A DNA stretch of 60,107 nt, filler included, from an uncultured bacterium (GCA_964637655.1; 2 parts of 2 records of this genome joined end to end with filler, not necessarily neighbours in it), one strand, 5' to 3'; positions 1 to 12,938 are shown, counted from the first letter of the whole stretch. Notes: a model not told the origin generated them from the sequence alone. A program made the numbers and translations.

Positions 1-1
1 T

Positions 2-55
2 CTTCCTCTCCCGCTATGAACAGCGGGCGAGGGGACAGACGGGCTGAATAGTTGC
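2..55. repeat. REP-like hairpin repeat ending in CTGAATAGTTGC motif (partial copy at window edge)
   Basis: 2-51 is identical over 50 bp to 19964-20013; an inverted near-copy lies at 18912-18963. Confidence 0.85.
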
Positions 56-100
56 AACTGCTCTACCGCCGAACGCTTGGCTGCCCGACTTGAACAACAA

Positions 101-299
101 CTGCTTTACCACGGAGCACACGGAGCACACGGAGATTTTCACCGCAGAGCACGCAGAGCACACAGAGAAGTGCAAAACGAGAGAGCATGAGCTCAGCCGG
201 TTGCGGGCAACGCCGCCACGAACATGCATGACAGACAGCAGCACGGGATGATGACTCGTGTGCGCTCCGCGTGCTCCGTGTGCTCCGTGGTGAAAGCAG
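101..299. repeat. MITE-like element with ~34 bp terminal inverted repeats built from 9-bp ACGGAGCAC units
   Basis: 101-134 CTGCTTTACCACGGAGCACACGGAGCACACGGAG is the near-perfect reverse complement of 265-299; a degenerate extra left copy lies at 137-167. Confidence 0.75.
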
Positions 300-332
300 T
301 GACGCTGTGGTGAAAGTTGTGGCAGGGCGTGG

Positions 333-1229
333 TCATCGGCTGCTTCCGGCTGACAGCGCCTCGAAACCGGCGATCACGTCGAAAAGTTCCTCGTCGATGC
401 CGCTCTGGCGCACCCGATGGAATGACCCGTTGAGGTCCGCCAGCAGTTCGTCGATGTTCTTGTCGGCGCGCTGCATCGCCGCCAGGCGACTCGCATTCTC
501 GCTCGCCAGGGATTCGGCGCACGCCCGGAAAAGCGAAATGAAAAGATATTCGCGAATGAGCGCCCGCAAGGTTGCGGTGCCGCTACTCATGACCTCGGGT
601 ATTTTCTTCGTTGGCCAGGATAATTCAGCCAGTTGGCGTCGCCAGGTTTCGTCCAACGGCAGCAGCCGCTGCTGAACGGACGTATACACCGCCCCGGACA
701 CGGGGCGGTTGTAAAAGAGGTGAAGTTCGGTGTCTGCGTCCGGGCCATGGCGCTTCGCGCTCGCCACGAGAATCTGCCCGACGAGCGGGGTAATGGCCTT
801 GACGGAATTCGGAACGGTAAACAGCCTGACCAGCGGCAGTCCCGCTTCCGCCAAACGCGCATGCACGCGTTCGCCGACGGCCCAGATCTCGGGTGTGCCC
901 GGCAGAGCGGCCAGTGCTTTTATAGCATAATCGGCCACCACCTCATTAAATTGCCCCACCAGTCCCTGGTCGGAACCGAATACGACAGCGCCAATCGCGC
1001 CCGATTCATTTTTATTTTTATGTTCTGCCGCCAGGAGCGCCGCCCCCCTGGCCCGGAAGCAGACGCCCAACCCCAGCTCCACCGTGCGATAGTAGTCGGC
1101 CAGGGCCCGTACCGCATCCTCGTATTGTCCGATGCTCGAGGCGGCTACGGCCTTCATCGTCCGGACGACGGATTGGAGATCCCCGGCGCCCCCGATTTTG
1201 CGCCGCAAACTCGCTGTGGTGTCGCTCAT
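333..1229 (-). CDS. atpG: N-type ATPase gamma subunit
   Basis: [43 protein letters not shown] motifs; last gene of the operon. Confidence 0.95.
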   Translation of the reverse strand: MSDTTASLRRKIGGAGDLQSVVRTMKAVAASSIGQYEDAVRALADYYRTVELGLGVCFRARGAALLAAEHKNKNESGAIGAVVFGSDQGLVGQFNEVVADYAIKALAALPGTPEIWAVGERVHARLAEAGLPLVRLFTVPNSVKAITPLVGQILVASAKRHGPDADTELHLFYNRPVSGAVYTSVQQRLLPLDETWRRQLAELSWPTKKIPEVMSSGTATLRALIREYLFISLFRACAESLASENASRLAAMQRADKNIDELLADLNGSFHRVRQSGIDEELFDVIAGFEALSAGSSR

Positions 1230-2893
1230 GACTTCCCGTCGCGAGTCTGATCAGCCGCAGTTTGGACTCCCGGTGCGGATTCGGGTATTGGCTTAGCGTT
1301 GGTTTCAGGTTTGGCATTGATTTTCGGTTCGGCTTTGGTTTCCGGTTCGATTTCGGTTTCGGGTTTTGGTTGGAAGCGGGCAAGCGCGGTGCGGCCGATT
1401 CGGATAATCGATTCACGATCTTCGTCGCTCAATTTGTCGGCTGTATCCAGTCGCTCGCGTACCGCTGCCGGGATATCCGCTGCCGCGTCGTGCAGGGCGT
1501 GCTCGGCTTCCTTCATCTGTGCAAGCGGCACGCGATCGAACAGTTCAGCAATCAACGCCAGGAGTACGGTAATCTGCGCGGGCACGGAGACCGGGGCGAA
1601 TTCGGGCTGCTTGAGGCAGGCGCGGATGCGCCGCCCGTGCTCGATGATCCTGCGGGTGTCTTCATCCAGGCGGGCGCCGAACCGGGAAAAGGTTTCGAGT
1701 TCCTCGAATTGCGCATAGGCGAGCTTGAGGTTGCCCGCCACCGCGCGATAGGCCGCGAGTTGCGCCTTGCCGCCAACGCGTGAAACGGATTTTCCGACAT
1801 CGACAGCGGGCAGCACGCCCGCTTCGAACAGCGTCGGTGAAAGGTAGAGCTGCCCGTCCGTGATGGATATCAAATTGGTCGGGATATAGGCGGAAATGTC
1901 CTGCGCTTCGGTTTCGATGATGGGCAGCGCGGTGAGGGAGCCGCCCCCGCGTTCCTGGCGCAGATGCGTCGCGCGTTCGAGCAGCCGCGAGTGGATATAG
2001 AAGATGTCGCCGGGAAACGCTTCGCGGCCGGGCGGCCGGCGCAGGATGAGCGACAGTTCGCGATAGGCGCGCGCATGGTGGGTGAGGTCGTCGTACACGA
2101 TCAGCACGTCGCGGCCTGCTTCCATGAAATGCTCCGCGATGCTGGTCGCGGCGTACGGCGCGATATAGGCGAGACCCGGCGGGTCGTTGCCTTCGCTGAC
2201 GACGACGACGGTGTAATCCATCGCGCCCTTTTCCCGCAAGGTGGCCACGGCCTTGGCCACGGCGGACGCGCGCTGACCGATGGCGCAATACACGCACAGG
2301 ACATTCTGGCCGCGCTGGTTGAGGATGGTGTCGAGCGCAATGGCGGTCTTGCCCGTCTGGCGGTCGCCGAGAATCAACTCGCGCTGGCCGCGCCCGACGG
2401 GAATGAGCGCGTCGATGACTTTGAGGCCGGTCTGGAGCGGAACCGTGACGGGCGCGCGGTCCATAATGGGCGCGGCGGGGCGCTCGATAGGCAGGCGCTC
2501 ACTGGCGGTCACCGGCCCGCCGCCGTCGAGCGGCCGCCCGAGCGGGTCGATGACGCGGCCCAGCAGGCCCTCGCCCACGGCCACATCCATGACCCGGCCC
2601 GTCCGCAGCACTTCATCGCCCGCATGGAGATGCCAGTATTTGCCGAGCAGCACGACGCCGACTTCATCCGCGTCAACATTGAATGCTATGCCGGGCACAT
2701 CGCCGGGAAACATCACCAATTCCTCAAAACCCAGGCCGGGAAGGCCAGCTACCTTGGCGACGCCGGTGCCGACACTGGTGATTGTGCCCACCTCCCGCAG
2801 CGTCAGTTGCGGCGTGAATGCTTCCCGCACCTGGCTAATTCCCGCAAACGCGCTGTCAAATACGCTTTGTAGACTCCCCGATTCCTTGTTCAT
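1226..2893 (-). CDS. atpA: N-type ATPase alpha subunit with Pro/Glu/Lys-rich C-terminal tail
   Basis: Walker [35 protein letters not shown]. Confidence 0.97.
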   Translation of the reverse strand: MNKESGSLQSVFDSAFAGISQVREAFTPQLTLREVGTITSVGTGVAKVAGLPGLGFEELVMFPGDVPGIAFNVDADEVGVVLLGKYWHLHAGDEVLRTGRVMDVAVGEGLLGRVIDPLGRPLDGGGPVTASERLPIERPAAPIMDRAPVTVPLQTGLKVIDALIPVGRGQRELILGDRQTGKTAIALDTILNQRGQNVLCVYCAIGQRASAVAKAVATLREKGAMDYTVVVVSEGNDPPGLAYIAPYAATSIAEHFMEAGRDVLIVYDDLTHHARAYRELSLILRRPPGREAFPGDIFYIHSRLLERATHLRQERGGGSLTALPIIETEAQDISAYIPTNLISITDGQLYLSPTLFEAGVLPAVDVGKSVSRVGGKAQLAAYRAVAGNLKLAYAQFEELETFSRFGARLDEDTRRIIEHGRRIRACLKQPEFAPVSVPAQITVLLALIAELFDRVPLAQMKEAEHALHDAAADIPAAVRERLDTADKLSDEDRESIIRIGRTALARFQPKPETEIEPETKAEPKINAKPETNAKPIPESAPGVQTAADQTRDGKS

Positions 2894-3756
2894 TGGCTAT
2901 CAGTCTCGGCCTTGGGTTCGGCCTTGGGCTCGGCCTTGGGTTCGGCCTTGGGTTCGGCCTTGGGTTCAACCTTCGGTTCAACCTTGGCTTCAGCTTTGTC
3001 ATTCTCTTGCAGAAGTTCAGCGACGCTCTTTTCCATCGATGCCAGATAATCAGCGATGCTCCACGCCACCTTGTGCCCGTGCATGGTGAGTTCAATGCCG
3101 CTGATCTGCTCCGGCGCGGTCTCATAGCGGACATTGACTTCCGCCGCAAAGGTTTCGTTGAGCGCGTTTTGCATGGTCGCGCGCTGTGCCGCCGGGAGGT
3201 CAAACGCGCTGCGCACGCGCACGGGATCTGCTGCCGCCGGCATGGCCGCCGCGAGTTTGGCTTTTAGCGTGTCGTCCACCGCCCGCAGGCGGCGGCTAAA
3301 CTCGTCAACCATGCGTTCTTCCAGACTCGTGGTGGCGAGATCCGTCAGCGCCCGGCGCGCGATGGCAAACACTTCCTGCCTGGTCCTGCGGCTGATGGCC
3401 TGCCTGAGATTATGCGCCTCCTGGCGCAGGGTCTCCTGCCGTTTGCGGCACCACGTCTCCGCCGCCTGGCGCGCTTCGTCAAGCAGCCGCTGCCGTTCGG
3501 TATTTGCCTCGTCCGTCGCTTTCTTCAACAGCGCGGCGCGCTGCCGGTCGAACTCCCCGTTCTTGCGCTTGAACTCTTCGCTTTCCTGCTTTGCTTCGGC
3601 TTTTTTCCTGTCGGCATCCGCGAGTTGTGCGGCAATCCGCTGCTCCCTGGCCGCGATGGCGTCGAGGATGGGCTGATACAGGAAGCGCTTCATCAGCCAC
3701 ACCAGAATGAGGAAATTGACCGCCTGCGCCCCGACGGTGAACCAATCGATGAGCAT
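2890..3756 (-). CDS. atpF: N-type ATPase b subunit (extended, b/delta-like)
   Basis: [28 protein letters not shown]-terminal TM, coiled coil, GIEL..G.KVAWSI C-terminal part typical of N-ATPase b. Confidence 0.93.
   Translation of the reverse strand: MLIDWFTVGAQAVNFLILVWLMKRFLYQPILDAIAAREQRIAAQLADADRKKAEAKQESEEFKRKNGEFDRQRAALLKKATDEANTERQRLLDEARQAAETWCRKRQETLRQEAHNLRQAISRRTRQEVFAIARRALTDLATTSLEERMVDEFSRRLRAVDDTLKAKLAAAMPAAADPVRVRSAFDLPAAQRATMQNALNETFAAEVNVRYETAPEQISGIELTMHGHKVAWSIADYLASMEKSVAELLQENDKAEAKVEPKVEPKAEPKAEPKAEPKAEPKAETDSQ
2905..2988. repeat. 12-bp tandem repeat x7 encoding (EPKA/EPKV)n tail of AtpF
   Basis: YTCGGCCTTGGG units at 2905, 2917, 2929, 2941, 2953; variants at 2965 and 2977. 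Confidence 0.9.
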
Positions 3757-3759
3757 GGG

Positions 3760-4041
3760 TCACTGTCCCGCAGTCTGGGCGATGGCATGATTCCAGAACG
3801 GGTTGGCGAAGATGAGAATCATCGAGACCACGAAACAGTAGATGGCGGTGGACTCGATCATCGCCAGGCCCACGAACAGGGTCCGGGTGATGGTGGCGGA
3901 GGCGTCGGGCTGCTGCGCCAGGGCGCCGAGGGCCGAGGCGACCGCCCGCCCTTCGCCCAGCGCCGGCATCATGCACCCAATGCCCGTCGTGAAGCCGGTG
4001 GTGACAATTGATGCCACTGCGATAACTGTCATGCTGTCCAT
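3760..4041 (-). CDS. atpE: N-type ATPase c subunit
   Basis: PALGEG, AQQPDA, ESTAIY motifs; ATG at 4041 with GGAGG RBS. Confidence 0.95.
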   Translation of the reverse strand: MDSMTVIAVASIVTTGFTTGIGCMMPALGEGRAVASALGALAQQPDASATITRTLFVGLAMIESTAIYCFVVSMILIFANPFWNHAIAQTAGQ

Positions 4042-4072
4042 AATGCCTCCTTTTGCTTGCGGAGTTTGTGCT

Positions 4073-4768
4073 TCACTGGACTGCTTCTGCTGCCGGGCCG
4101 GGCTTATTGACCCGGGTTGCGGCGGCAATGTATACCGCGGCCAGGATGCTGAAGATGTAGGCCTGCACCATGCCGGTGAGCAGACCAAGCAGCGTCATGA
4201 CGATGGGAAAGATAAACGGCGTGATGGTGAGCAGGATCCCGATAATCATTGCCCCGCTCATCATATTGCCGAACAGGCGGACGGCCAGCGCCAGGGTGCG
4301 TGAGATTTCGCTGATGATATTGAACGGCAGCATGATGAACGTCGGCTCGATGTAGGACTTGAGGTAGTTGCCCAGCCCCTGCTCCCTGATGCCGAAGAAT
4401 GGCACGGCCACAAACACGCACAGCGCCAGGGCCGCGGTGGTCGAGAGCGAACCGGTCGGCGGCTCGAAGCCGGGAATAACGGTGCACAGGGCGGAGGCGG
4501 CGACGAACAGGAAGAGCGTTCCCAAAAAGCCGATATATTTCCGCGGCTGGTTCAGACCCACCTCGGTTATTTGTTTCCCGATGCCGGTGACGACGATTTC
4601 CAGCAGGTTCTGCCAGCGGGATCGTTTATGGTCCGCGGTGAGTTTGCGCGTGATGAGTTTCGCCCCGACGGCCAGCACGAGCATCAAGACCCACGTGAAG
4701 ACAATGGTGCCGTTGAGTTTGCAGAAACCGTGCTCCCAGAAAATCATCGTATCGGGACTAAGCCGCAT
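4073..4768 (-). CDS. atpB: ATPase a subunit
   Basis: SRTLALAVRLFGNM, VQAYIFSILAAVY. Confidence 0.95.
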   Translation of the reverse strand: MRLSPDTMIFWEHGFCKLNGTIVFTWVLMLVLAVGAKLITRKLTADHKRSRWQNLLEIVVTGIGKQITEVGLNQPRKYIGFLGTLFLFVAASALCTVIPGFEPPTGSLSTTAALALCVFVAVPFFGIREQGLGNYLKSYIEPTFIMLPFNIISEISRTLALAVRLFGNMMSGAMIIGILLTITPFIFPIVMTLLGLLTGMVQAYIFSILAAVYIAAATRVNKPGPAAEAVQ

Positions 4769-5075
4769 GGCCGGCTTCCTGTCCCGGGCGGATCAGTATT
4801 TCTTTTACCGGTCGCGTCAGCCACGTCACCGCCAGGCGGGCCATGACAAAGCCCAAAAGACAGACCAGCAACCGCAGCCAATTATGGCCCGCGGCATAAT
4901 ACAACCCGGCCAGGGTCAGGCTCATCCGCAGCAACAGGCTGCCGAAAAACCAGCGCACCGGGCTGGCCGACGCCGTCCCGCGCTGAATAGTCCACCAGAG
5001 GCCGCCGAAAAACATCACCCCGAGCGCAATCCCCGCCGGCAAAGCCAGCGCCAACCGCAACGATTCAGTCATCAT
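4758..5075 (-). CDS. atpR: N-ATPase AtpR subunit
   Basis: FFGGLWWT motif, three TM segments, position in atpDCQRBEFAG. Confidence 0.85.
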   Translation of the reverse strand: MMTESLRLALALPAGIALGVMFFGGLWWTIQRGTASASPVRWFFGSLLLRMSLTLAGLYYAAGHNWLRLLVCLLGFVMARLAVTWLTRPVKEILIRPGQEAGHAA

Positions 5076-5395
5076 GGTCCTCCGCATCCTCATGTATTTT
5101 CCGGTCTTCCTTGTCCACCCAATGCCACGCATTCACACAGCCCAGCGTGAGCCCGACCACCAGCAGCGCCAGCGTCCAGGAGTGGCTGCCGGGATGTTGC
5201 TTGTCCAGCCACATGCCCAGCGCCGTACCGAGCAGCGTCGGCACCACCACCGACCAGCCGATAAGCCCCATCATGCCCAAACCGAACCACACGCCCGGGT
5301 TGGCGTTGCGTCGCGCCTTGAGTTTGCGCGCCGCCTTGGCGCCAACCTCACGGCTGAGCGCCGGCCGGTCATTCGCGGACTTGTTATCAACTTCT

Positions 5396-5403
<8 letters not shown>
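5065..5403 (-). CDS. atpQ: N-ATPase AtpQ (AtpZ/AtpI family)
   Basis: GLGMMGLIGWSVVVPTLLG..LG.WLD, GC.NAWHW. Confidence 0.88.
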
Positions 5404-7289
<1,886 letters not shown>

Positions 7290-7531
7290 TTATGCCGGTC
7301 CCGATTCCGCCGCCGCCGGTTCCACCAGCCACTGCCGCGCCGCACCGGCGTCCGCATGCTCGGAATAGTTGACCGTTGCGTGCCTGCACGGTTGGCTGAA
7401 CGCTCCCATGCCGCGCTGCCATGTATTCCTCCGTGATGGCGGCGTCGCGTCTTCCCGGCGTACGCAACTGGTCACCCGCCCGCGCAACGTCCCGCGCGAC
7501 CCTGCGGGCCGCCTGCTGCCGCTCCTGACAA

Positions 7532-7759
7532 TCATGCAGCCGCTTTGGCGGTAGTGCCGGCACGCTGCTTATGCAGGAAATGCGCTGCCAGCAGGCCGGC
7601 CATGAACCCGCCGACGGCAGCCAGGAACAGCAGGACAATGACCGGCGCGTCAAAGGTCAACCAGAGGAAATGTGCCGGAGTCAAGGCGGTGTTCTGCACC
7701 ACCAGCAACACCAGCGCACTGCTGAGCAGCACCAACAGCACAATCTTCACTTTGTTCAT
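7532..7759 (-). CDS. LapA/DUF1049-family small membrane protein
   Basis: Two TM helices with the conserved VQN motif between them; ATG at 7759. Confidence 0.7.
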   Translation of the reverse strand: MNKVKIVLLVLLSSALVLLVVQNTALTPAHFLWLTFDAPVIVLLFLAAVGGFMAGLLAAHFLHKQRAGTTAKAAA

Positions 7760-7799
7760 AGCACCCGTCTCCTGTGCACGTCGTTTATGGCCGCCACTT

Positions 7800-8009
7800 T
7801 CAATTGCGGATTGCAGGTCCGTGGGTTGTGCCCCAATGCCCCAGCAGCATGGGCTCCACCTCCGAGAGTTCGAACGATCGCTGCAGCAGCGGGTTGTCGC
7901 AGAGATAGAGTTGGCCGACCGAGAGGTAGTTGGCGGCCCGCCAATAGGCATCCATGCGGCTGAGCAGATCCGGCGTGAGTGTCGCGGCCCCTGGTTCCTG
8001 CTTATGCAT
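7800..8009 (-). pseudogene. xfp: N-terminal remnant of xylulose-5-P/fructose-6-P phosphoketolase
   Basis: [20 protein letters not shown]...LLGHWGTT matches the Xfp N-terminus, but the ORF stops after 69 aa (the full enzyme is ~790 aa). Confidence 0.85.
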
Positions 8010-8036
8010 CAGTCACCGTTGCCCTTTCCGCCGCTG

Positions 8037-8594
8037 TCATGCGGCGCTCATTGGCGGCGCGGGCACTGCGTTGCCGGCTGCACATTTTTCCTGGATGCGC
8101 TGCAGTATGGTATACGCTGCTATCGTTATCGAGCCAGGCACTGGCGTGGCGCCCAGCGCTTTCCTGAGCGTGGCGAGTTCGGCGCTGAAGCCCTCCGCTT
8201 CCTGATTCCGCAGAACATGGTGTGCGCCCCGGCGCAATACTCCTGATTTCGCCCCGCTCCTGATCAACCGGCGCAATAGTGGTGTCCACGCGGCCATTTT
8301 GAACTGTTGCAGGGCTTCGGCAGCCAGCCAGGTCACGTCGGCGTTGCTGTCTTCGAGCGCTTTCACCAGCACCGGTATCGCTCGCGCATCGCCAATCGCG
8401 CCGAGTGATTTGGCTGCTTCCCAGCGTACCTGGTCCGCGCTGGCATGGCGCAAGGTCCGGACCAGCGCCGGCACGGCGGGTGCACCAAGCCCCACCAGCA
8501 TTTCCCGCGCTTTGAGGCGCACCATGCCGTCAGCGCTGGCCAGCCGATCCATAATGGCTTGCAGTTTTGCCGCAGCCGGTTTCTGCCTGCCCAC
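8037..8594 (-). CDS. HEAT/PBS-lyase repeat protein
   Basis: VRWEAAKSLGAIGDARAIPVLVKALED repeats; GTG at 8594 with GGAGG RBS. Confidence 0.8.
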   Translation of the reverse strand: MGRQKPAAAKLQAIMDRLASADGMVRLKAREMLVGLGAPAVPALVRTLRHASADQVRWEAAKSLGAIGDARAIPVLVKALEDSNADVTWLAAEALQQFKMAAWTPLLRRLIRSGAKSGVLRRGAHHVLRNQEAEGFSAELATLRKALGATPVPGSITIAAYTILQRIQEKCAAGNAVPAPPMSAA

Positions 8595-8670
8595 GATGCG
8601 CCTCCGCCCCTGACGTGCCTCCGACAGCACCCTGCACATCAGTTACCGTAATTGTACCCCCGGCGGCAGG

Positions 8671-8680
8671 NNNNNNNNNN
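8671..8680. other. Scaffold gap (10 N)
   Basis: Run of N flanked on both sides by GGCAGG. Confidence 0.95.
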
Positions 8681-8935
8681 GGCAGGACGCCACCATTGGC
8701 TTTTTCCGCATTGCCTTGATGTTTATCCGCAGGCGCGGCGTGCCTTTTGTCAACTGCCGCATACCGGCACCGGGATGAGTACTGAGCCGCACGCACCCTG
8801 ATGGCGCGCGCGACGGCTGCGAACATCCGTCAGGCAAATGCGGCTCTTGCCAATGGTGAGCAGGCAGCGTCACCGGTACACTATGAGGAGACAGGCGTCC
8901 AGCGGCATCGCGGACGCGGAAAGCAGGCATTGACC

Positions 8936-9295
8936 ATGGATTCAACCATCTCCCCGACGACCACCCCGCTGTATCGCGGCACGCAAATCGCCTGGTATCT
9001 GCTCTACTTTGCGGAAGCGCTGCTGGCACTGCGTTTCGTGTTGAAACTGCTGGGCGCTAACACGGAAGCCGCGTTCACCAGTTTCATCTATGGCCTCAGC
9101 GCCGTCCTGGCCGCGCCCTTCCTGAGCGTTTTCAACATCACCAGGGTGCAGGGCAGCATATTTGAGTGGACGACGCTGCTGGCCATGTTCTTTTACTGGC
9201 TGCTGGCGATGGCCATCATCCGGCTGCTGGTGATGGGCAAGTCGGTCTCCACGCCGGAAGCGGCGGCGAAACTGGACCGTGCCGGGAAAGGCTGA
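8936..9295 (+). CDS. YggT-like small membrane protein
   Basis: LLALRFVLKLLGAN..AAFTSFIY.LS..LAAPF pattern. Confidence 0.7.
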   Translation: MDSTISPTTTPLYRGTQIAWYLLYFAEALLALRFVLKLLGANTEAAFTSFIYGLSAVLAAPFLSVFNITRVQGSIFEWTTLLAMFFYWLLAMAIIRLLVMGKSVSTPEAAAKLDRAGKG

Positions 9296-9327
9296 GTAGC
9301 AGCTCGAGTACGGCTCACGGAAGAGCG

Positions 9328-10089
9328 GTGCCCCCCGTGCGCGTTCGCCAGGTGCTGCGGTGGGGCCTGTACGGTACGCTGATTATTCTGCTGCTCCTGG
9401 CCCTCCGTTCGCTGCCGCTGGCGCCATTCATTATCAGTTCCTCGCTGTTTGTGGAGGGTCATGGTGTCCTTGCCCTCGTCCTGTACGGGATCATTTATGT
9501 CGCCGCCGCGCTACTCTGCCTGCCGGTGCTGCCACTGACCATCGGTGCCGGGTTGCTGTTCGGCATATGGTCAGGCACCCTCGTGGTTACATGCGCCACG
9601 ACAACCGCGGCAGTCATCGCCTTCCTGCTCGGACGTTCCACCGCCCGGGCGCGGATCCGGCGGCTGGCCGCGCGTTTCCCCCGGTTCGACGCGGTCGATC
9701 GCGCGGTCAAGCAGGAGGGATGGCGGATCATTTTCCTGCTGCGACTCGTTGCCTTTATCCCGCTTGGCCTCAGCAATTACCTGTACGGGATAACCGCGAT
9801 CACCATCATCCCGTACACCGTCGCGACCTGCATGGCGATGCTGCCCGGAACGATATTTTATGTCTATCTCGGCTCGATTGGCCGGCAGGGTTTGCTGACC
9901 GGAACGCTGGCCGGCGCCGATTACCTGATTATCGCCGTGGCGCTGACCATGAAAATACTGATCGTCAGTTACGTGGTCCGCCGCGTCAGGCGGGCAATGG
10001 CTGCGTCACCGTCGGACAAGCCGCGGAAATTTACGGTTGCAGCGTCAGGTCCCTCTGGCCAAAGAGCCAGAGAGTCACTGAGCCAGTGA
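9328..10089 (+). CDS. DedA/TVP38 (SNARE-associated) family membrane protein
   Basis: LTIGAGLLFG, FLLGR, LLRLVAFIP..LSNYLYG, LPGT; start uncertain. Confidence 0.85.
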   Translation: MPPVRVRQVLRWGLYGTLIILLLLALRSLPLAPFIISSSLFVEGHGVLALVLYGIIYVAAALLCLPVLPLTIGAGLLFGIWSGTLVVTCATTTAAVIAFLLGRSTARARIRRLAARFPRFDAVDRAVKQEGWRIIFLLRLVAFIPLGLSNYLYGITAITIIPYTVATCMAMLPGTIFYVYLGSIGRQGLLTGTLAGADYLIIAVALTMKILIVSYVVRRVRRAMAASPSDKPRKFTVAASGPSGQRARESLSQ

Positions 10090-10421
10090 CCCAGCAATCC
10101 TTTCTTGGTAGGCATTTCATTCAGCAGGTTTCAGCCGGTGCGGTTTCGCATTCCTCTGCTTTCCCGCTTGCATAGAGTAGCTTGAGCCCTGTCCCCGGGC
10201 GAGCTGATATGCCAGCACACTCCATGGATTCCGCAGTATCTCAATCGTTCTGTCTCAATCGTTCCTACGGACTAACAAACATTTTTTCGACAGCCAACTT
10301 GTCAAAACAAAGGCCCGCTACCCGGCCTTTGGGTGCGCAAATAGAATTTTGCCCCCCCGACAATTACGGCGTATCCCGCCGTCAGCCGCGCCCAGTCGTA
10401 CGCCTGTGAACGAGCACATGC

Positions 10422-12938
10422 TCACCCCGGCACATTCTCAAACACCCCGAGCGCATCCTGCCGCGTCAAGACCGTGTCGTAGAGGCCGACGTCCTCGCCT
10501 TCGTGCTTGTTGATCCCGGTGTAACTCAAACTGGCATCTTCGTAGCGTTTGAACTTGTAGACCGCATCGTTCATTAAAGCGCTATTGAAGATGCCGAGGC
10601 TCACGAGGAGTTCAAAATCCTTGACGGTCAAGCCGGTTACTTTCTTGAACAATCCGGGTTCCAGTTGGGTGATGACATCCTGCAAACACCGTTCGCGATA
10701 GTCGGTCAGATACATGAAGATCGGGACCCGCGTCGCGAACTTGACGAGTTTCTCCTGAATCTGTTTCCGCATACTTTTATATTTCTTTTCCTCTTCGGTC
10801 AGTTCCTGCTTTTCCCGGGCGGACAATTCCTTGTCGTTTGCCTCTTTCCGCGCCTTCGTCACGGCGTCGGACTTGTTGATAATCGTCTTGATGTCCTGAT
10901 TCAGGTTCCGGAACCCTTCAATGCTCATCAGCGCGGCCATGGCTTTCTTGTCAGCCATAAGCCGGCGCAAGGTGTCGTTATCCACATTTACCAGCAAAGC
11001 GCTTTCCCAGCGCCGCGCCAGCAGGGTCGCGGTGGTCCCGCTCATCGCCATGTCGAGAATGCCCGCGGCGTCTATCTGCTTCATCGAACTGCCGTCATAG
11101 GCCAGAACCGGCAGGAAACTGATAAACTCCTCAACTTTCTTTTCGGGATTGGACTCATTCACATTCAGCCGGCAACTGTAGTCAGCAATCTGCCGCAAAG
11201 CACGATCCGGTGCGAAATCAAAGACGTAACACTCTTCCTTGATAATCTGCTCTTCGTTCGGGGACGCGCCGTCGGGGTTGCGGACGGTCCATGGCGACTG
11301 CACCCGAAAGGCGGCTTGAAAATAGGTTTCCGGACTGGACGAGTTGCGGAGCATGAGAATCCCCGTCCACGGCTTGACCGTCACACCCGTGGTCAGTTTG
11401 CCGCAGGAAAGGGTTATGGATTTGGTCTTGAGCGGATCATCCATGGCCTCCAGCACGGGCGGCAGGGCATTCACCCCGATCCCGGCGGCGTTTCCCGCCG
11501 CCACGACAATCCGGTAGTCGTGATAGAAGCGGTTATGCTTCTTCGCCATCAGGTTCCGCATGGCATGACACGCGGCAACGCTCGGGAGAAACCAAAAAGT
11601 GTGCGCCACGATATTCAGCAATCGGATATCCGAGAACGGCATAGGCGGCTTTTGCGCCCCGAGTTTCAGATTGTCAACACTGGTCGGCACAAACGCGCCG
11701 CGAATCAAATCGAGCCACTTTTGCACTTCATCCCCGTACTTGAACTTCGCCTGTTCGCCGACGCCCTCCGCCGAGAAAAATACGTTGAGATCGAACTCAT
11801 TGAACTCGCCCTGCATGGCGATTTCCCGGATTGCATCCGGCAACTGGTAGGTCATCAGCACCATGCGCGGAAGCGCGGCGTAGGGATTGTCCGGGGTTTT
11901 CCATTCCTGCTTCGCCCGCTGCTCGTCCGCATAGGTCCAGTTGAATATTTGCTCCTCGATGAACTCGCCCGACGCAATAGCCCGGAACGGCGTGCCGGAC
12001 AGGTAAAGATAGCCGTTCGTCGTGATGGGCATGATGTCTTCGTCGAAGTACTCGATGCCCTCGCCCCGGGCAAATTCGGCTTCCCGCTTGTCCTCGGACT
12101 CGAACAGTTCCTTCGCGCTCTCGCGCCAGGCGCCGTAATGGTATTCGTCCAGAATCACACAATCCCAGTTGGTCGCATGGACCCATTCATTTTTGGTCTT
12201 GATCCCGCCCGAGCCGGGGTTGCGACCCAGGTAGTCCTGAAACGACCCGAAACAGACAATGGGCTTTTTCTTGTTGGCAGCCGCATACGAAAGACCGCCC
12301 GGCTTGATGAACTGCCAGCCATTGAAATCCACATGGCACTTCAAGTCATCTTCCCATGCGCTTTGCACCGCCGGCTTGAAGGTCAGCACTAGCACCTTCC
12401 GCCACCCCATTTTCAGCGCCAGTTGATAGGCGGCGAACGTCTTGCCGAATCGCATCTTGGCGTTCCACAGGAAGTGCGGCGGCTTTTTCTTATTGCCTCT
12501 TTCCTTGCGCCAACTGGCAAAGTAGGCGGCCGTCTTCCCGACCGCCGCTTGCTGCTCCGGCCGCATCTTGAAATCAAGCGACCGGTTCTCCTCGTTCAGT
12601 TGGCCGGTCCGCACGGCAATTATCGCCGCCTTCAGTTGGTCAACCGTGCACTGGAACCATTCTCCGTCCGGGTTCCCAACCCCGTTGATCCGCAGCATCC
12701 GGTGGACGTCATGGTCCGTGAACACGGTGCCATCACTACGCATGGCCGGCTCCTCCAGCACAATCCGATAGGGCGGCTTGCCGGGTTTTCTGATCGGGTA
12801 CTGCTGCGCCACGCGACTCGCTGCATCCACCGTGGTATAGCCGACCTTGAGCAACCCGTCATACTGCGGGTTCGTGTCAGCGTAGGCGTAAATCGCGGGT
12901 CGTGATTCCGGGCGCGCGGGGAAGAAACCCTTACCCAT
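10422..12938 (-). CDS. GIY-YIG (T5orf172-like) nuclease fused to SF2/ResIII-like helicase; putative restriction subunit
   Basis: IYAY..LLKVGYT..RV.QQY..EWF N-terminus; NAKMRFGKT, DEYH, LSGTP helicase motifs. Confidence 0.85.
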   Translation of the reverse strand: MGKGFFPARPESRPAIYAYADTNPQYDGLLKVGYTTVDAASRVAQQYPIRKPGKPPYRIVLEEPAMRSDGTVFTDHDVHRMLRINGVGNPDGEWFQCTVDQLKAAIIAVRTGQLNEENRSLDFKMRPEQQAAVGKTAAYFASWRKERGNKKKPPHFLWNAKMRFGKTFAAYQLALKMGWRKVLVLTFKPAVQSAWEDDLKCHVDFNGWQFIKPGGLSYAAANKKKPIVCFGSFQDYLGRNPGSGGIKTKNEWVHATNWDCVILDEYHYGAWRESAKELFESEDKREAEFARGEGIEYFDEDIMPITTNGYLYLSGTPFRAIASGEFIEEQIFNWTYADEQRAKQEWKTPDNPYAALPRMVLMTYQLPDAIREIAMQGEFNEFDLNVFFSAEGVGEQAKFKYGDEVQKWLDLIRGAFVPTSVDNLKLGAQKPPMPFSDIRLLNIVAHTFWFLPSVAACHAMRNLMAKKHNRFYHDYRIVVAAGNAAGIGVNALPPVLEAMDDPLKTKSITLSCGKLTTGVTVKPWTGILMLRNSSSPETYFQAAFRVQSPWTVRNPDGASPNEEQIIKEECYVFDFAPDRALRQIADYSCRLNVNESNPEKKVEEFISFLPVLAYDGSSMKQIDAAGILDMAMSGTTATLLARRWESALLVNVDNDTLRRLMADKKAMAALMSIEGFRNLNQDIKTIINKSDAVTKARKEANDKELSAREKQELTEEEKKYKSMRKQIQEKLVKFATRVPIFMYLTDYRERCLQDVITQLEPGLFKKVTGLTVKDFELLVSLGIFNSALMNDAVYKFKRYEDASLSYTGINKHEGEDVGLYDTVLTRQDALGVFENVPG

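Noticed and set aside
7290-7535. 81-aa ORF between the LapA-like gene and atpD
   Set aside because: Abuts both neighbours but has no recognisable motif and a composition like non-coding GC-rich sequence; cannot support
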